IMG/VR virus record: IMGVR_UViG_3300031910_000015
Coordinates: 1-44,836 of that record
Reading direction: 5' to 3' (one strand)
Source of the DNA: a virus
Taxonomy: Duplodnaviria; Caudoviricetes
Length of the DNA stretch: 44,836 nt
This document shows, in pieces, positions 25,920 through 35,380 of this stretch. Positions within the stretch are counted from its first letter, which is position 1. Each line of letters starts with the position of its first letter. A program made the translations under genes and the position numbers. Below the pieces are notes generated by a model. It ran no database searches. It was not told where the DNA came from and saw nothing but the letters and a program-made list of their open reading frames with translations.

Positions 25920-27374
25920 ATGCGGTCTGCTCTGCCGCCTGGAACTGCTCAGGCGGCTTTGCGCTATTTCGATCCGCAGCCGAGCCCGTACCTGCAAGAC
26001 CCGGTGGTGTACATCGGTGAGCGGCTCAACGAGTTCATCTGGAGTAAGCAAATCGAGATTTGCGAGTCCGTGCGCGATAACAAGTACACGGCTGTCGAGG
26101 CCTGCCACGGCCCCGGCAAGTCATTTATCGCGTCAAGGATCGCCGCTTGGTGGCTCGATCCGGAAGTGCATCCGCTGGGTTCAGCGTTTGTGCTCACGAC
26201 AGCCCCGTCTTGGCACCAGGTACAGGCGATCCTTTGGCGCGAGATTCGCCGCGCTCATCGCAAGGCAAAACTTCCTGGCCGCATCACCCTGGAGTGCATG
26301 TGGTACATGGGAGAGGGGAAGTCGTCCGAGGAACTCATAGCCATTGGTCGCAAGCCGCAGGACTATGACGAGGACAGCTTCCAGGGGATTCATGCTCGTT
26401 ACGTTCTAGCCCTCCTGGACGAAGCGTGCGGAATCCCCATACCTCTTTGGAACGCGGTTATGAGCATCGTTACGAACGATGACTCCCGCGTTCTCGCTAT
26501 CGGCAACCCGGACGATCCCGCCAGCGAGTTCCACAACAAGTGCCTCCCTGGCAGTCTCTACAACGTTGTGAACATCAGTGCCTGGGATACGCCCAACTTC
26601 ACCGGCGAGTATGTCCCAGAGGATGTAGCAGCAAGTCTCACTTCACAAGGGTGGGTCGAGGAGCGCGCCATCGAGTGGGGTGAGGAATCCAACCTGTTCC
26701 TCAGCAAAGTCCACGCGAAGTGGCCCGACACAAGTGACGAGTCTGTCATTTCTCCGGCCATGATAGCTGAGGCACACGCGACCGACCTGCCCGGCCTCGT
26801 TCATGGACGATACGGCATCGATGTCTCGCGTATGGGCGAAGACAAGACCGTTATCTACCACAATCGTGGCGGCCAGATACGTCGAGTGGACTCGTGGGCG
26901 AAGATGGACACGATGAAGAGCGCAGATCGTCTGTACGACCACATAACGCGCTTCTACCCAATTCGCATCCCCGCTATGGTGGACTCTATCGGGCTGGGTG
27001 CGGGAGTCTACGACCGCTTGAGACAGCGGGGATGCGAAGTGGGTGCCTTCCAAGGCTCCGAGCGAGCGCTGCTGCCGATGAAGTTCAACAACAAACGATC
27101 CGAGGCCTGGTGGACGATGCGAAAATTGATGGAGCAAGGTCTCATCGACCTGGATCCAGAAGATGACCAACTCGCTTCTGAGTTGCAACAGCCGAAATGG
27201 TCTACCGATCCGAGCGGCCGAATCGTGGTCGAGAGCAAAGACGACATGAAGAAACGTGGACTCAAGTCTCCGAACTGCGCTGACGCCGCGATCTATTCAA
27301 CTATCGTCGCTCAGCCGATCCTGCGCAGCGGCGATACGGACGTGTCAGGCGACATCCTGACGAAAGCGATGTAG
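25920..27374 (+). CDS. terL: terminase large subunit
   Basis: ACHGPGKS Walker A, LLDEA Walker B, IGNP, GIDVS..GED, DSIGLG, SPNCADA. Confidence 0.95.
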   Translation: MRSALPPGTAQAALRYFDPQPSPYLQDPVVYIGERLNEFIWSKQIEICESVRDNKYTAVEACHGPGKSFIASRIAAWWLDPEVHPLGSAFVLTTAPSWHQVQAILWREIRRAHRKAKLPGRITLECMWYMGEGKSSEELIAIGRKPQDYDEDSFQGIHARYVLALLDEACGIPIPLWNAVMSIVTNDDSRVLAIGNPDDPASEFHNKCLPGSLYNVVNISAWDTPNFTGEYVPEDVAASLTSQGWVEERAIEWGEESNLFLSKVHAKWPDTSDESVISPAMIAEAHATDLPGLVHGRYGIDVSRMGEDKTVIYHNRGGQIRRVDSWAKMDTMKSADRLYDHITRFYPIRIPAMVDSIGLGAGVYDRLRQRGCEVGAFQGSERALLPMKFNNKRSEAWWTMRKLMEQGLIDLDPEDDQLASELQQPKWSTDPSGRIVVESKDDMKKRGLKSPNCADAAIYSTIVAQPILRSGDTDVSGDILTKAM

Positions 27375-27382
27375 GAGGGGAC

Positions 27383-27472
27383 ATGACCAACGCACAGGGA
27401 TGGATCTTCGTGGTCGAGATTGGCGTGATCGCGGCGGTGTACCTCTTCAGCTGGGCGGGGAAGAAGCCGTAA
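27383..27472 (+). CDS. 29-aa single-TM peptide (not in the ORF track)
   Basis: AGGAGG SD; MTNAQGWIFVVEIGVIAAVYLFSWAGKKP; TAATG coupling. Confidence 0.6.
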   Translation: MTNAQGWIFVVEIGVIAAVYLFSWAGKKP

Positions 27473-27948
27473 TGGCGACGACTCGCAAGCTCTGCTACCC
27501 GCATCCGCTCGGTTCCAAGAGCACGGTCAACAAGAAATACCTGCACCAGACGGGCGGCATCGCTCACAACTATGCTCTCGACTACATGGCACCAGGCGGT
27601 GTACCCGTTCTGGCCGTCGAGGATGGGACGATTTACCGGCTGTCCGGCTGGGATCCAAACACCGGTGTTCATCAAGGTTCGGTCTACGGGTGGAACATCT
27701 ACCTGCAGACGAAGGATGGCCTGATGTACTTCTACACCCATATGGATCGACGGTATGTCAACGTCGGCCAGAAGGTGAAGAAGGGCAATATCATCGGCCG
27801 CGTCGGGCAGTGGCCCGGCGATCCCGGCCGCTCACATACCCATCTTGGGGTCACTCACCCGATGGGAGACAAGGCGAGCAGGCGAGCATGTCTCAACGTT
27901 GCCGACGCTCCGAGGGTGAAGGGCACCCAAATCCCTCCGGCCGTGTGA
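27472..27948 (+). CDS. M23 family peptidase (endolysin-like)
   Basis: HNYALD (HxxxD), PVLAVEDG, YTHM, VGQKVKKG..IG, HTH (HxH). Confidence 0.85.
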   Translation: MATTRKLCYPHPLGSKSTVNKKYLHQTGGIAHNYALDYMAPGGVPVLAVEDGTIYRLSGWDPNTGVHQGSVYGWNIYLQTKDGLMYFYTHMDRRYVNVGQKVKKGNIIGRVGQWPGDPGRSHTHLGVTHPMGDKASRRACLNVADAPRVKGTQIPPAV

Positions 27949-28130
27949 TGCCTTGGAGAGCGATGGCATCGGTAGCATTCCTGGCCTCCTTCATACTGGC
28001 GCAGGTCGCCGCTGGTCTCGGTGACGGAACTCTCGCTGATGAAGCGCTCTCATTCCTCGGTGCTGGCCTAGCAATTTTGACCATACCCAAGAACGGAAAG
28101 GAACTCAATGGGACGCAGGGGAGCAAGTAA
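27948..28130 (+). CDS. two-TM small membrane protein (holin candidate)
   Basis: MPWRAMASVAFLASFILAQ...LSFLGAGLAILTI; TGATG coupling. Confidence 0.55.
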   Translation: MPWRAMASVAFLASFILAQVAAGLGDGTLADEALSFLGAGLAILTIPKNGKELNGTQGSK

Positions 28131-28263
28131 GTCCAAGGGCGGCACCGGCGTGCCGAGCGTCGGCGCCAAGGTGAGCAAGTCTGGCGTATCCGGCACGAGC
28201 CAGACGCCAAAGATGCCGGGTGGCAACTACCCGGCCAAGACGGTGCGAGGGCCGCGAGGCTAG
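28108..28263 (+). CDS. 51-aa basic Gly/Ser/Lys-rich protein (not in the ORF track)
   Basis: AAAGGA SD; MGRRGASKSKGG...RGPRG; ends just before the portal start. Confidence 0.5.
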   Translation: MGRRGASKSKGGTGVPSVGAKVSKSGVSGTSQTPKMPGGNYPAKTVRGPRG

Positions 28264-28264
28264 C

Positions 28265-29680
28265 ATGAGCACCGTCCACACAGAGGTTCCGGCAGCTACC
28301 AGCAACGGTAGCAAACCGCCGGTCGATGAGATCGGCGTAGTCCTACAAGGCACGCTGGGCCCGCAGGGGATGATGTCCTGGGGCATCATGATGGACGACC
28401 AGGAATACGTGCCGGAACTGAAGTGGCCGCAGTCGATCAAGGTGTTCGATCAGATGCGGACAGACGCGCAGATGTCGGCACTCTTCAAAGGCACAACTCT
28501 CCCGATCCGGCGCTTCGATTGGTACATCATCCCGAACGGAGCGCCGGACGCGATGGTGCAGGCATGCTCGCAAGACCTCAACCTTCCGATCCAAGGCGAG
28601 AAGAAGGTCAAGCCTCGTCGCCGCTCCAAGGGCCGCTTCGATTTCAAGAACCATCTGCGCCTGGCGATGCGCGGCCTGATCTTTGGACACGCTTACTTCG
28701 AGCAGGTCGGCTTCATCGGTGACGACGGCAAATGGCACCTGAAGAAGCTAGCCGAGCGGCCACAGAAGTACATCGCAAATATCGGAGTCTCGGACGACGG
28801 TGGGCTCGTCTACGTCCAACAGAACATCAACTCAGGCAACGCTTACATGATGATGAACCCGGTGATCCCCGTAGACAACCTCGTCGCTTACATCTGGGAG
28901 CAGGAGGATGGATCGTGGATCGGACGCAGCGCTATGAGAGATTGCTACAAGAACTGGCTCTGCAAGGACAAGCTCGTCCGGATCGATGTCATCAATCACG
29001 GACGTGCCGGTGGCGTACCGTACGTGGTCGGTCAACCTGGCGCTACACCTGCCGAGCTAGACGAGCTACACATGATGGCTCGCGACTTCAAGATCGGTGA
29101 GCAGGCCGGTGGCGCGATTCCGTACGGCGCGCAGATGCAGATTGCGAGAGCGGGGAACACCAACGTAGTCGAGTCGATGCGCTACCACGACGAGGCGATG
29201 GCGCGTCAGTGGCTCCTGATGATGCTCCAGCTGGGGATGACCACCTCCGGCAGTCGAGCGCTCGGGCGAACCTTTCACGAGTTCTTTGCTCAAGGACAAG
29301 CGGCGGTGGCCGATTGGTTCACCGACGTGTTCAACATGCATGTGATCGAGGATTACGTCGATTGGAACTGGGGTGCCGGCGAGGAGCTAGTGCCGCTGCT
29401 CGGCTACGACCAGGACATCGACTTGGCCCTGACAGAGATCACTGGACTGATCAATGCTGGCGCCATCGTTCTCGACCGCGATTTGGAGGTCGCTCTTCGC
29501 AAGGAGACGGGCCTGCCTCCGAAGATGGACGGAGCGCCCGATCCTGTTCCATTGAAGCCGCCCCCTTCTCCGTCGGGGTTTGGGACTAGTGGGGCAGGAT
29601 CGGCCTCCGGCAATGAGCCTGGACAGCACCAGCCGAAGCCCGCTGGTACCACGAAGCAGGGCACCGGGAGTCAGGGCTAG
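28265..29680 (+). CDS. portal protein (DUF935 / Mu gp29-like)
   Basis: QMRTDAQ, FGHAYFE, GRSAMR..Y..W..K, GSRALG; position after TerL. Confidence 0.9.
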   Translation: MSTVHTEVPAATSNGSKPPVDEIGVVLQGTLGPQGMMSWGIMMDDQEYVPELKWPQSIKVFDQMRTDAQMSALFKGTTLPIRRFDWYIIPNGAPDAMVQACSQDLNLPIQGEKKVKPRRRSKGRFDFKNHLRLAMRGLIFGHAYFEQVGFIGDDGKWHLKKLAERPQKYIANIGVSDDGGLVYVQQNINSGNAYMMMNPVIPVDNLVAYIWEQEDGSWIGRSAMRDCYKNWLCKDKLVRIDVINHGRAGGVPYVVGQPGATPAELDELHMMARDFKIGEQAGGAIPYGAQMQIARAGNTNVVESMRYHDEAMARQWLLMMLQLGMTTSGSRALGRTFHEFFAQGQAAVADWFTDVFNMHVIEDYVDWNWGAGEELVPLLGYDQDIDLALTEITGLINAGAIVLDRDLEVALRKETGLPPKMDGAPDPVPLKPPPSPSGFGTSGAGSASGNEPGQHQPKPAGTTKQGTGSQG

Positions 29681-29788
29681 CTGTGCGGGCGTGGCTACCG
29701 GCGAAGCGCACGGTCGGGAGTTGCTCCCTCCCGGTCGGTAGCCATCGTCCGCCGTTCGTAGTAGACTCTGTCCGACCAAGGAGGAATC

Positions 29789-29977
29789 ATGGCCGGTAAG
29801 ATCGACGCCCATCGCCGGGGCGAGCAGGACGGCGGCGACAAGAACATCCCCACCGCAAAGTGGGAAGTCCAGAACCAGCCCAGGCCCGAGTCGGCAGGAG
29901 CCATGACAGCTGGTGCCCAGCTGCACGCGGCGCTGGCCAAGTCTCGCGGCAACATGGGGCTCACAGGCTGGAAGTAG
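29789..29977 (+). CDS. hypothetical protein
   Basis: AAGGAGG SD. Confidence 0.6.
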   Translation: MAGKIDAHRRGEQDGGDKNIPTAKWEVQNQPRPESAGAMTAGAQLHAALAKSRGNMGLTGWK

Positions 29978-30187
29978 ATGGCCAGGCGTAGCCGCTCACC
30001 CATCAAGATCAAGAAGAAGAATCGGGGCAAGCTCCGGGCGCATGCTGGCGCCAAGAAGGGCAAGAACATCCCGGTGAGCAAGCTACGTCAACTCAAGAAG
30101 AGCAAATCTCCGGCCGTCCGCAAGCGGGCGACCTTCGCTCTGAACGCGCGTAAGTGGCGCAAGACAGGCGGAAAGAGACGCAAATGA
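29978..30187 (+). CDS. small very basic protein
   Basis: IKIKKKNRGKL...KIPVSKL...RKRATFALNARKW. Confidence 0.7.
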   Translation: MARRSRSPIKIKKKNRGKLRAHAGAKKGKNIPVSKLRQLKKSKSPAVRKRATFALNARKWRKTGGKRRK

Positions 30188-31695
30188 GCATGGTCATCGA
30201 GAAGATTCCGGGCACGCCACTCTCGGCAATTCGCAGCGTTCCCCTCATATCGACGGGCATCGAGTACCTTCTGGCTACCGGCCCCAAAACCTTCACTGAG
30301 GAGGAACTGGCGGATGCCGTGCTGGCGACCGAGGATCCAGCAATCGTAGACCCGAGGCTGAAGATCGGGCACAAGGATCCAAGGTTCAATACTCCGGAGC
30401 ATGACGGCGAGCCCGCGCTAGGGCGAGTCGAGAACATGGCCATCGGTAACAATGGCCAAACGATCTACGGTGACGTTGTGACGTTCGACTGGCTCGCGAA
30501 CCTGATCCCGATTGCCTACCCAGGCAGATCCATCGAGGCAGGGCTGGGAGTCAATGTCGATCTAGTCGAACATCACAAGACCGTCACTGGCCGCAAGTAC
30601 CGGATGGTGCTCACGGCCGTATCTCTGCTGGGAGTGACCTGGCCGGGATGCTCGACCCTGGATGACCTGCCGCTGCTCCTCGACGCGGAAGGGCCGCCAG
30701 GCGTCCAAGTAGGAGGTGTGAATGCCGCGATGAACATCGAGGATGTCCGCACCAGGTACTACGAACACCTGGACGGTCAGGGTGACGCGACCAAGTTCTG
30801 GTGGATTCGTGGCATGCGCCTCAATCCCGACGAACTGATCGTGGATGACGATGATGGCCATCTGTTCCGCGTCGGATTCGACATCGACGGTGACGATGTG
30901 GCCTTCAACGATCCGACCCAGGTCGTCTTGAACTACACAGATGTACCGGCTCAGATGGCGGCCGGTATTGCCGCTTCGGCCCTCGTGGGCGAGGGTGAGG
31001 ATGCCATCATCTACGCAACGAGGGCCGAATCGCGCCCCGACACCACAAATCCAGGAGGCACTATGACTCGCGCGGAGCTTTGCGCGAGCTTGGGCCTGCC
31101 GGCGGATGCGTCCGACGAGCAGATCCAAGCCGCCACGCGGAGCGTCATGGCCTCCTCGACGGCAACCGAGGAGGAAACTGTTGTTGCCGAAGCCGCTGAG
31201 GACGAGGACACCGAGGGTGACGAGTCCGACGATGGCGACGACGACGATGGCGACTCCGACGAGGATGTCCAGGCCGGGAGCAGGCCAAGGGCCGTCACCG
31301 TGGATGCCGCCGCTTTCGAGCGACTGCAGCACGATGCTGCGCTAGCTCGACGGCACGAGGAGGAGCGGGTCATCGCGTCCAACGAGCAGATCGTGGACGC
31401 GGCGATCCGCGATGGTCGGTTCCCGCCATCAGCAAGGGCCAGCTACCTCTCGCAGCTGAACAACCCTGGCGGTCGGCAGGCGACCATCGAGTTCATCAAC
31501 TCGCTGGAGGCCGGGGTCATCCCCGTCCGCGAGCGGGGCAGCACCGGGGCGCAAGAGGAAGTCGCGGCCGGCAACGGGGCATCTCTGCCGGACGACTGGT
31601 TCCCCGAGGTCAGGAAACTGCGTGAGAAGCGCACGGTCAAGGCCGGGCGGGTCACGCAGGATCAACACTACGGTGAGCCGGGGGTGACGGGCTAA
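30184..31695 (+). CDS. capsid maturation protease / scaffold fusion
   Basis: LKIGH, EPALG, YPGRSIE, LTAVSLLG..PG; acidic linker; VDAAIRDGRFPP scaffold-like C-terminus. Confidence 0.8.
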   Translation: MSMVIEKIPGTPLSAIRSVPLISTGIEYLLATGPKTFTEEELADAVLATEDPAIVDPRLKIGHKDPRFNTPEHDGEPALGRVENMAIGNNGQTIYGDVVTFDWLANLIPIAYPGRSIEAGLGVNVDLVEHHKTVTGRKYRMVLTAVSLLGVTWPGCSTLDDLPLLLDAEGPPGVQVGGVNAAMNIEDVRTRYYEHLDGQGDATKFWWIRGMRLNPDELIVDDDDGHLFRVGFDIDGDDVAFNDPTQVVLNYTDVPAQMAAGIAASALVGEGEDAIIYATRAESRPDTTNPGGTMTRAELCASLGLPADASDEQIQAATRSVMASSTATEEETVVAEAAEDEDTEGDESDDGDDDDGDSDEDVQAGSRPRAVTVDAAAFERLQHDAALARRHEEERVIASNEQIVDAAIRDGRFPPSARASYLSQLNNPGGRQATIEFINSLEAGVIPVRERGSTGAQEEVAAGNGASLPDDWFPEVRKLREKRTVKAGRVTQDQHYGEPGVTG

Positions 31696-32144
31696 TGGCC
31701 AACGACTGCATCCCCTTCAAGGAAGAAGCCGACCGCATCACCGGCAAGGTCACGCCGGCAGGCGGGGTCACCGGCAAGCGATGCGTTGTCATCACCGGCG
31801 GTCGCACTTCCACCAAGTCGGCCACCGGCGTCGATGCTGGACTGGTCGCGGATTCGTCCACCGACAAGTCCAACGTCTACTCGGTTGGCCAGGCCACGGT
31901 CGCTGGCGCCCGAGTGCTCGGCGTTGCGGCCTTCGACGTGCCGCAGAACGGCATGGTTCCGATCATCCGCGAGGGCATCGTGCCGATCACGGCCGGAGCG
32001 GCAATCACGGCGGGACAAGACCTGGACGTGGATACGTCAGGTCGCGTTGTCCCGCACACGACGGGCATCGTCGTCGGCACGGCGATGGATGCACAAGCGA
32101 CGGTCGGAGCAGACGCAGAAGTGCTCCTGATCCTGTCCACGTAA
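31695..32144 (+). CDS. head decoration / cement protein (DUF2190-like)
   Basis: GVAAFD, GIVPITAGAAITAG..L..D.SGR; upstream of the MCP. Confidence 0.75.
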   Translation: MANDCIPFKEEADRITGKVTPAGGVTGKRCVVITGGRTSTKSATGVDAGLVADSSTDKSNVYSVGQATVAGARVLGVAAFDVPQNGMVPIIREGIVPITAGAAITAGQDLDVDTSGRVVPHTTGIVVGTAMDAQATVGADAEVLLILST

Positions 32145-32158
32145 GGAAGGGAGGTGAC

Positions 32159-33166
32159 ATGAGGCGAACACTACTTCCGGAACTGGAGCCCGATCTGGAG
32201 GCGATGTTGGATTCCGGCCTGAATGCGCGGGACATCATCATCACCTGCGAGAAGAAGATCGAGGCATCGTTCTATCCCAACCCGGTGCCGCATCCGCTTG
32301 GCCCTCCAACGGTCAGCGGTACGACGTACACCGTGGACTGGGCGCTCCAGCAGCCGACGCGGGTCACGCGGACGCTGATGGATCTCACGCTCCAGCGGTT
32401 CTTTGCTGACCGCGTCTTCACGAGCGCCGGTGGAGTCACTGGTGGAGCCGTGATCTACGACGTGATCCAGGTCAACGAGTTGTACCTCACTCGTGACTTC
32501 GAGCAGATCGCGCCAGGGACGGAGTTCCCAATCCTCACCTCCCAGCGCCGCGCACCGCAGGTCGCGACGGTCGAGAAGTGGGGCGGCAAGTTCTTCATGA
32601 CGGTGGAAGCTCGGGATCGCAACGACATCTCGGTCTACACCCGTCAGATTCGGCAGCTGGCGAACACCATCGTCCGCAAGATCAATCAGCGGGCGGTGGA
32701 TGTTCTCAATGCCGCAATCACGGCGAACAGCCGGACGACGACCGGCAACAACTGGACGACGGTCGTCACCACCGGCTCCTCCGCGAGCAACGCCACTCTG
32801 TGGCCTGGTCGTGACTTTGCTCGGGTCACCCAGATCGCCGAGCAGGAGGAGCTTGGCTACGTGTACGACCTGTGGATCATGAACCCGCAGGAATACTTCA
32901 ACCTCGCGACGATCTACGGCAACTTCCTCAACGATCTGCTCGCGAGCACCGGCTACGACATCTTCGTCACGAACAGGGTCACCCCTGGGACGGCGATTGT
33001 CGTTGCGACCGGCCAGGTCGGTCAGATGCGAGTCGAGCAGCCGCTGATGACCGAGTCCTGGTACGAGCAGGAGACGCAGCGGTATTGGACGCAGAGCAGC
33101 GTCCGTCCGCTGTTCTTCGTCGATCAGCCTCATGCCGTCATGCAGGTCACGGGACTGGCGGGCTAA
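32159..33166 (+). CDS. major capsid protein
   Basis: GGAGGTGA SD; IAPGTEFP, EKWGGKF; size and position. Confidence 0.85.
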   Translation: MRRTLLPELEPDLEAMLDSGLNARDIIITCEKKIEASFYPNPVPHPLGPPTVSGTTYTVDWALQQPTRVTRTLMDLTLQRFFADRVFTSAGGVTGGAVIYDVIQVNELYLTRDFEQIAPGTEFPILTSQRRAPQVATVEKWGGKFFMTVEARDRNDISVYTRQIRQLANTIVRKINQRAVDVLNAAITANSRTTTGNNWTTVVTTGSSASNATLWPGRDFARVTQIAEQEELGYVYDLWIMNPQEYFNLATIYGNFLNDLLASTGYDIFVTNRVTPGTAIVVATGQVGQMRVEQPLMTESWYEQETQRYWTQSSVRPLFFVDQPHAVMQVTGLAG

Positions 33167-33167
33167 C

Positions 33168-33701
33168 ATGGCCGACAATCCCTCAGTGTTCGGCAAGTCT
33201 CTCAAGTCCGAGAGTTTGGCCGACTACCAATCGCCCGAGGAGTACAGCGGGGACACTCGGACGATCAAACACCTCATGTTTCCGTGGCTCGTGGAGACGG
33301 AATCGCCAATGTTCCCCGGCGAGTCCATCCTCACCGAGCGGGTCGCTAATCGCGGTGAGGAAGTCACCGTCGAGGAGCTTGGCCCGCTCGCGCTGGAGAA
33401 GGGCGAGCGGCTTGGCGCCTTCTTCACCGATGAGGAGTTGGAGGCCATGAAGGAGGAGGCCGAGGCAGCAGAGGCTCCTGCCGAGGTCGAGGCCACCAAC
33501 CCCGGCTCGATGTCCGTGGACGAACTCGCGGACTACATCGAGGAGCACAAGCCCAACGTCGATCAGACGGTCGCGTTGGCGGACAACGATCCGGAACAGG
33601 CCCAGAAGGTGCTGGACGCCGAGACGCAGGCAACTGGCGGTGTACCGCGTGCCGGCGTCGAGAAGGGTCTGGAAGCGATCATCGCGAGGTCAACCCAGTA
33701 G
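33168..33701 (+). CDS. acidic head-associated protein
   Basis: Follows the MCP; C-terminal helical V..AE....PR.GV motif. Confidence 0.6.
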   Translation: MADNPSVFGKSLKSESLADYQSPEEYSGDTRTIKHLMFPWLVETESPMFPGESILTERVANRGEEVTVEELGPLALEKGERLGAFFTDEELEAMKEEAEAAEAPAEVEATNPGSMSVDELADYIEEHKPNVDQTVALADNDPEQAQKVLDAETQATGGVPRAGVEKGLEAIIARSTQ

Positions 33702-33708
33702 CGTGAGC

Positions 33709-33728
33709 GGGCGGGCTTCGGCCCGCCC
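33709..33728 (+). terminator. GC hairpin with cUUCGg loop after the capsid operon
   Basis: GGGCGGGC-TTCG-GCCCGCCC; no U-tract. Confidence 0.55.
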
Positions 33729-33748
33729 AATCTCGCCCAGGAGGCAGT

Positions 33749-34198
33749 ATGGCCGCGACTTCAAAGTGGTTTGGCCTGGCCGGTAAGGGGCAATGGTCAT
33801 CGACCGCTGCCTCTAGGATAGACTGGGTGAATGACACGATCCAAGTGTCCCTCCACACGTCTGCCTATGTACCGAACCAGGACACACACCAATACTACAC
33901 AGACCTAACGAACGAGCTAGCGACTGGCAACGGATACAACGCCGGTGGCTACACGCTTGTCAACAAAACGCTGACGTACGATGCGACGTCAAACGAAACA
34001 CGACTCGACGCCGACGATGCCCAGTGGACGGCAGCGACGTTCACCTTCCGCATCTCGGTCGTCCGCAAGAACACAGGTACAGGTTCGACATCACCGCTGC
34101 TGGGGTACACCGATATGGGTGCAGACCAGTCGATCAGCGGCGGAACGTACACGCTCGTCTGGGATCCAACAGGCGTGCTCAAAGCCGTTGCTGCGTAA
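33749..34198 (+). CDS. virion structural protein, paralogue A
   Basis: DTIQVSLHTSAYVPNQDT..NE..G.GY..GG.TL. Confidence 0.7.
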   Translation: MAATSKWFGLAGKGQWSSTAASRIDWVNDTIQVSLHTSAYVPNQDTHQYYTDLTNELATGNGYNAGGYTLVNKTLTYDATSNETRLDADDAQWTAATFTFRISVVRKNTGTGSTSPLLGYTDMGADQSISGGTYTLVWDPTGVLKAVAA

Positions 34199-34207
34199 GG
34201 AGGATCC

Positions 34208-34645
34208 ATGGCAGTAACCGCGAAGTGGTACGGATTGAACGTCAAGGATCAGTGGGGAGCTACGCCTGTCAACTGGTCGTCGGACACGATCAAGGTGTCG
34301 CTCCATACCAGCACCTACGTGCCGAACCAGGACACGGACGAGTTCTGGAACGTCGCCACAAACGAGATTGCTGGCACCGGCTACACGACCGGTGGCGTCA
34401 CTCTCGGTACCAAGACGCTCACCTACGATGCTCCCACCAACGAGGCAAGGCTGGGTGCAGCGAACGCATCCTGGGCGTCGGCGACGTTCACTTGCCGCAT
34501 CGGGTGCATCTACAAATCGACCGGCACCAGCACTACCTCGCCGGTCATGGGCTACGTGGACATGGGAGCAGATCAGTCTGTCTCGTCCGGCACGTTCACG
34601 ATCCAGTGGGATGCGACCGGTGTCCTGAAGGGCACGGCAGCCTGA
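34208..34645 (+). CDS. virion structural protein, paralogue B
   Basis: DTIKVSLHTSTYVPNQDT..NE..GTGYTTGG.TL; colinear with paralogue A. Confidence 0.7.
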   Translation: MAVTAKWYGLNVKDQWGATPVNWSSDTIKVSLHTSTYVPNQDTDEFWNVATNEIAGTGYTTGGVTLGTKTLTYDAPTNEARLGAANASWASATFTCRIGCIYKSTGTSTTSPVMGYVDMGADQSVSSGTFTIQWDATGVLKGTAA

Positions 34646-35028
34646 TGGCTCGTCCGGGCGACATCGAACGGCATGGGCCAAACATCACGGTGTTCGCTCC
34701 GGCCGCAATCAAATCACTACCGTCCATCAAAGACGCGATGGACATCACCCCGGCAGACGTCATCGCAATGCAGGAAGTCGAGCTACGTGTCCTGCGCGAG
34801 GAGTTGGAGAAGCAGAAGATCGCCGCTTCCACGATCACTCGCTTTGCCGTCTGTTGCATGTATGTCATCCTCCAGCACACCGGTGAGGATGTTGTAGCGA
34901 TTGACCGAGAACTCTACGACAAGCTGTCAGGGGCACAGATCCAACTAGCTCACTGGCACAACAGTGAGATCGGCCCGGTGTTCGGTCGCTATCTTGAGCG
35001 AGCACCAGACGACAATATCGGAGGTTAG
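34645..35028 (+). CDS. hypothetical protein
   Basis: TGATG coupling; MARPGD. Confidence 0.6.
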   Translation: MARPGDIERHGPNITVFAPAAIKSLPSIKDAMDITPADVIAMQEVELRVLREELEKQKIAASTITRFAVCCMYVILQHTGEDVVAIDRELYDKLSGAQIQLAHWHNSEIGPVFGRYLERAPDDNIGG

Positions 35029-35030
35029 CT

Positions 35031-35324
35031 GTGACGTTGTACAACGTGATCATGGTTCCGCCCGAGGGCGCGCCCCAGACGTTTGACGATCTGGACGCCA
35101 ACGGCGAGACGATCCAGCGGCCGATGATCCGGCATATCACGATGGACGTGAGCAGCGAGGATGCGGCGAAGCGCGTTGCGGAACAGCAAGCCTTCGACAT
35201 CGCGACTCAGGAAGTTGCTACGTCCGGCGAGTTTGCCGATAACCCCGACGGTGCGATGGACGCAACTCTGGAGCGCCAGTGGGTCATCGACAAGATCGAG
35301 GAAGTGCCGGCAGCGGATCGGTAG
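35031..35324 (+). CDS. hypothetical acidic protein
   Basis: GGAGG SD, GTG start. Confidence 0.6.
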   Translation: MTLYNVIMVPPEGAPQTFDDLDANGETIQRPMIRHITMDVSSEDAAKRVAEQQAFDIATQEVATSGEFADNPDGAMDATLERQWVIDKIEEVPAADR

Positions 35325-35331
35325 AGGGCAA

Positions 35332-35373
35332 TGGGATGACTCTCGGATCAGGGACAACTCGGGAGTCATCCCA
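35332..35373 (+). promoter_or_regulatory. long hairpin immediately before fibre gene 1
   Basis: TGGGATGACTCTCGG / TCGGGAGTCATCCCA. Confidence 0.45.
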
Positions 35374-35380
35374 CTAGCCC

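Noticed and set aside
30562-33205. Long antisense ORFs (e.g. 30562-31332, 32171-33205; also 24186-24962, 43652-44428)
   Set aside because: These are shadows of high-GC3 sense genes, with no SD or recognisable motifs
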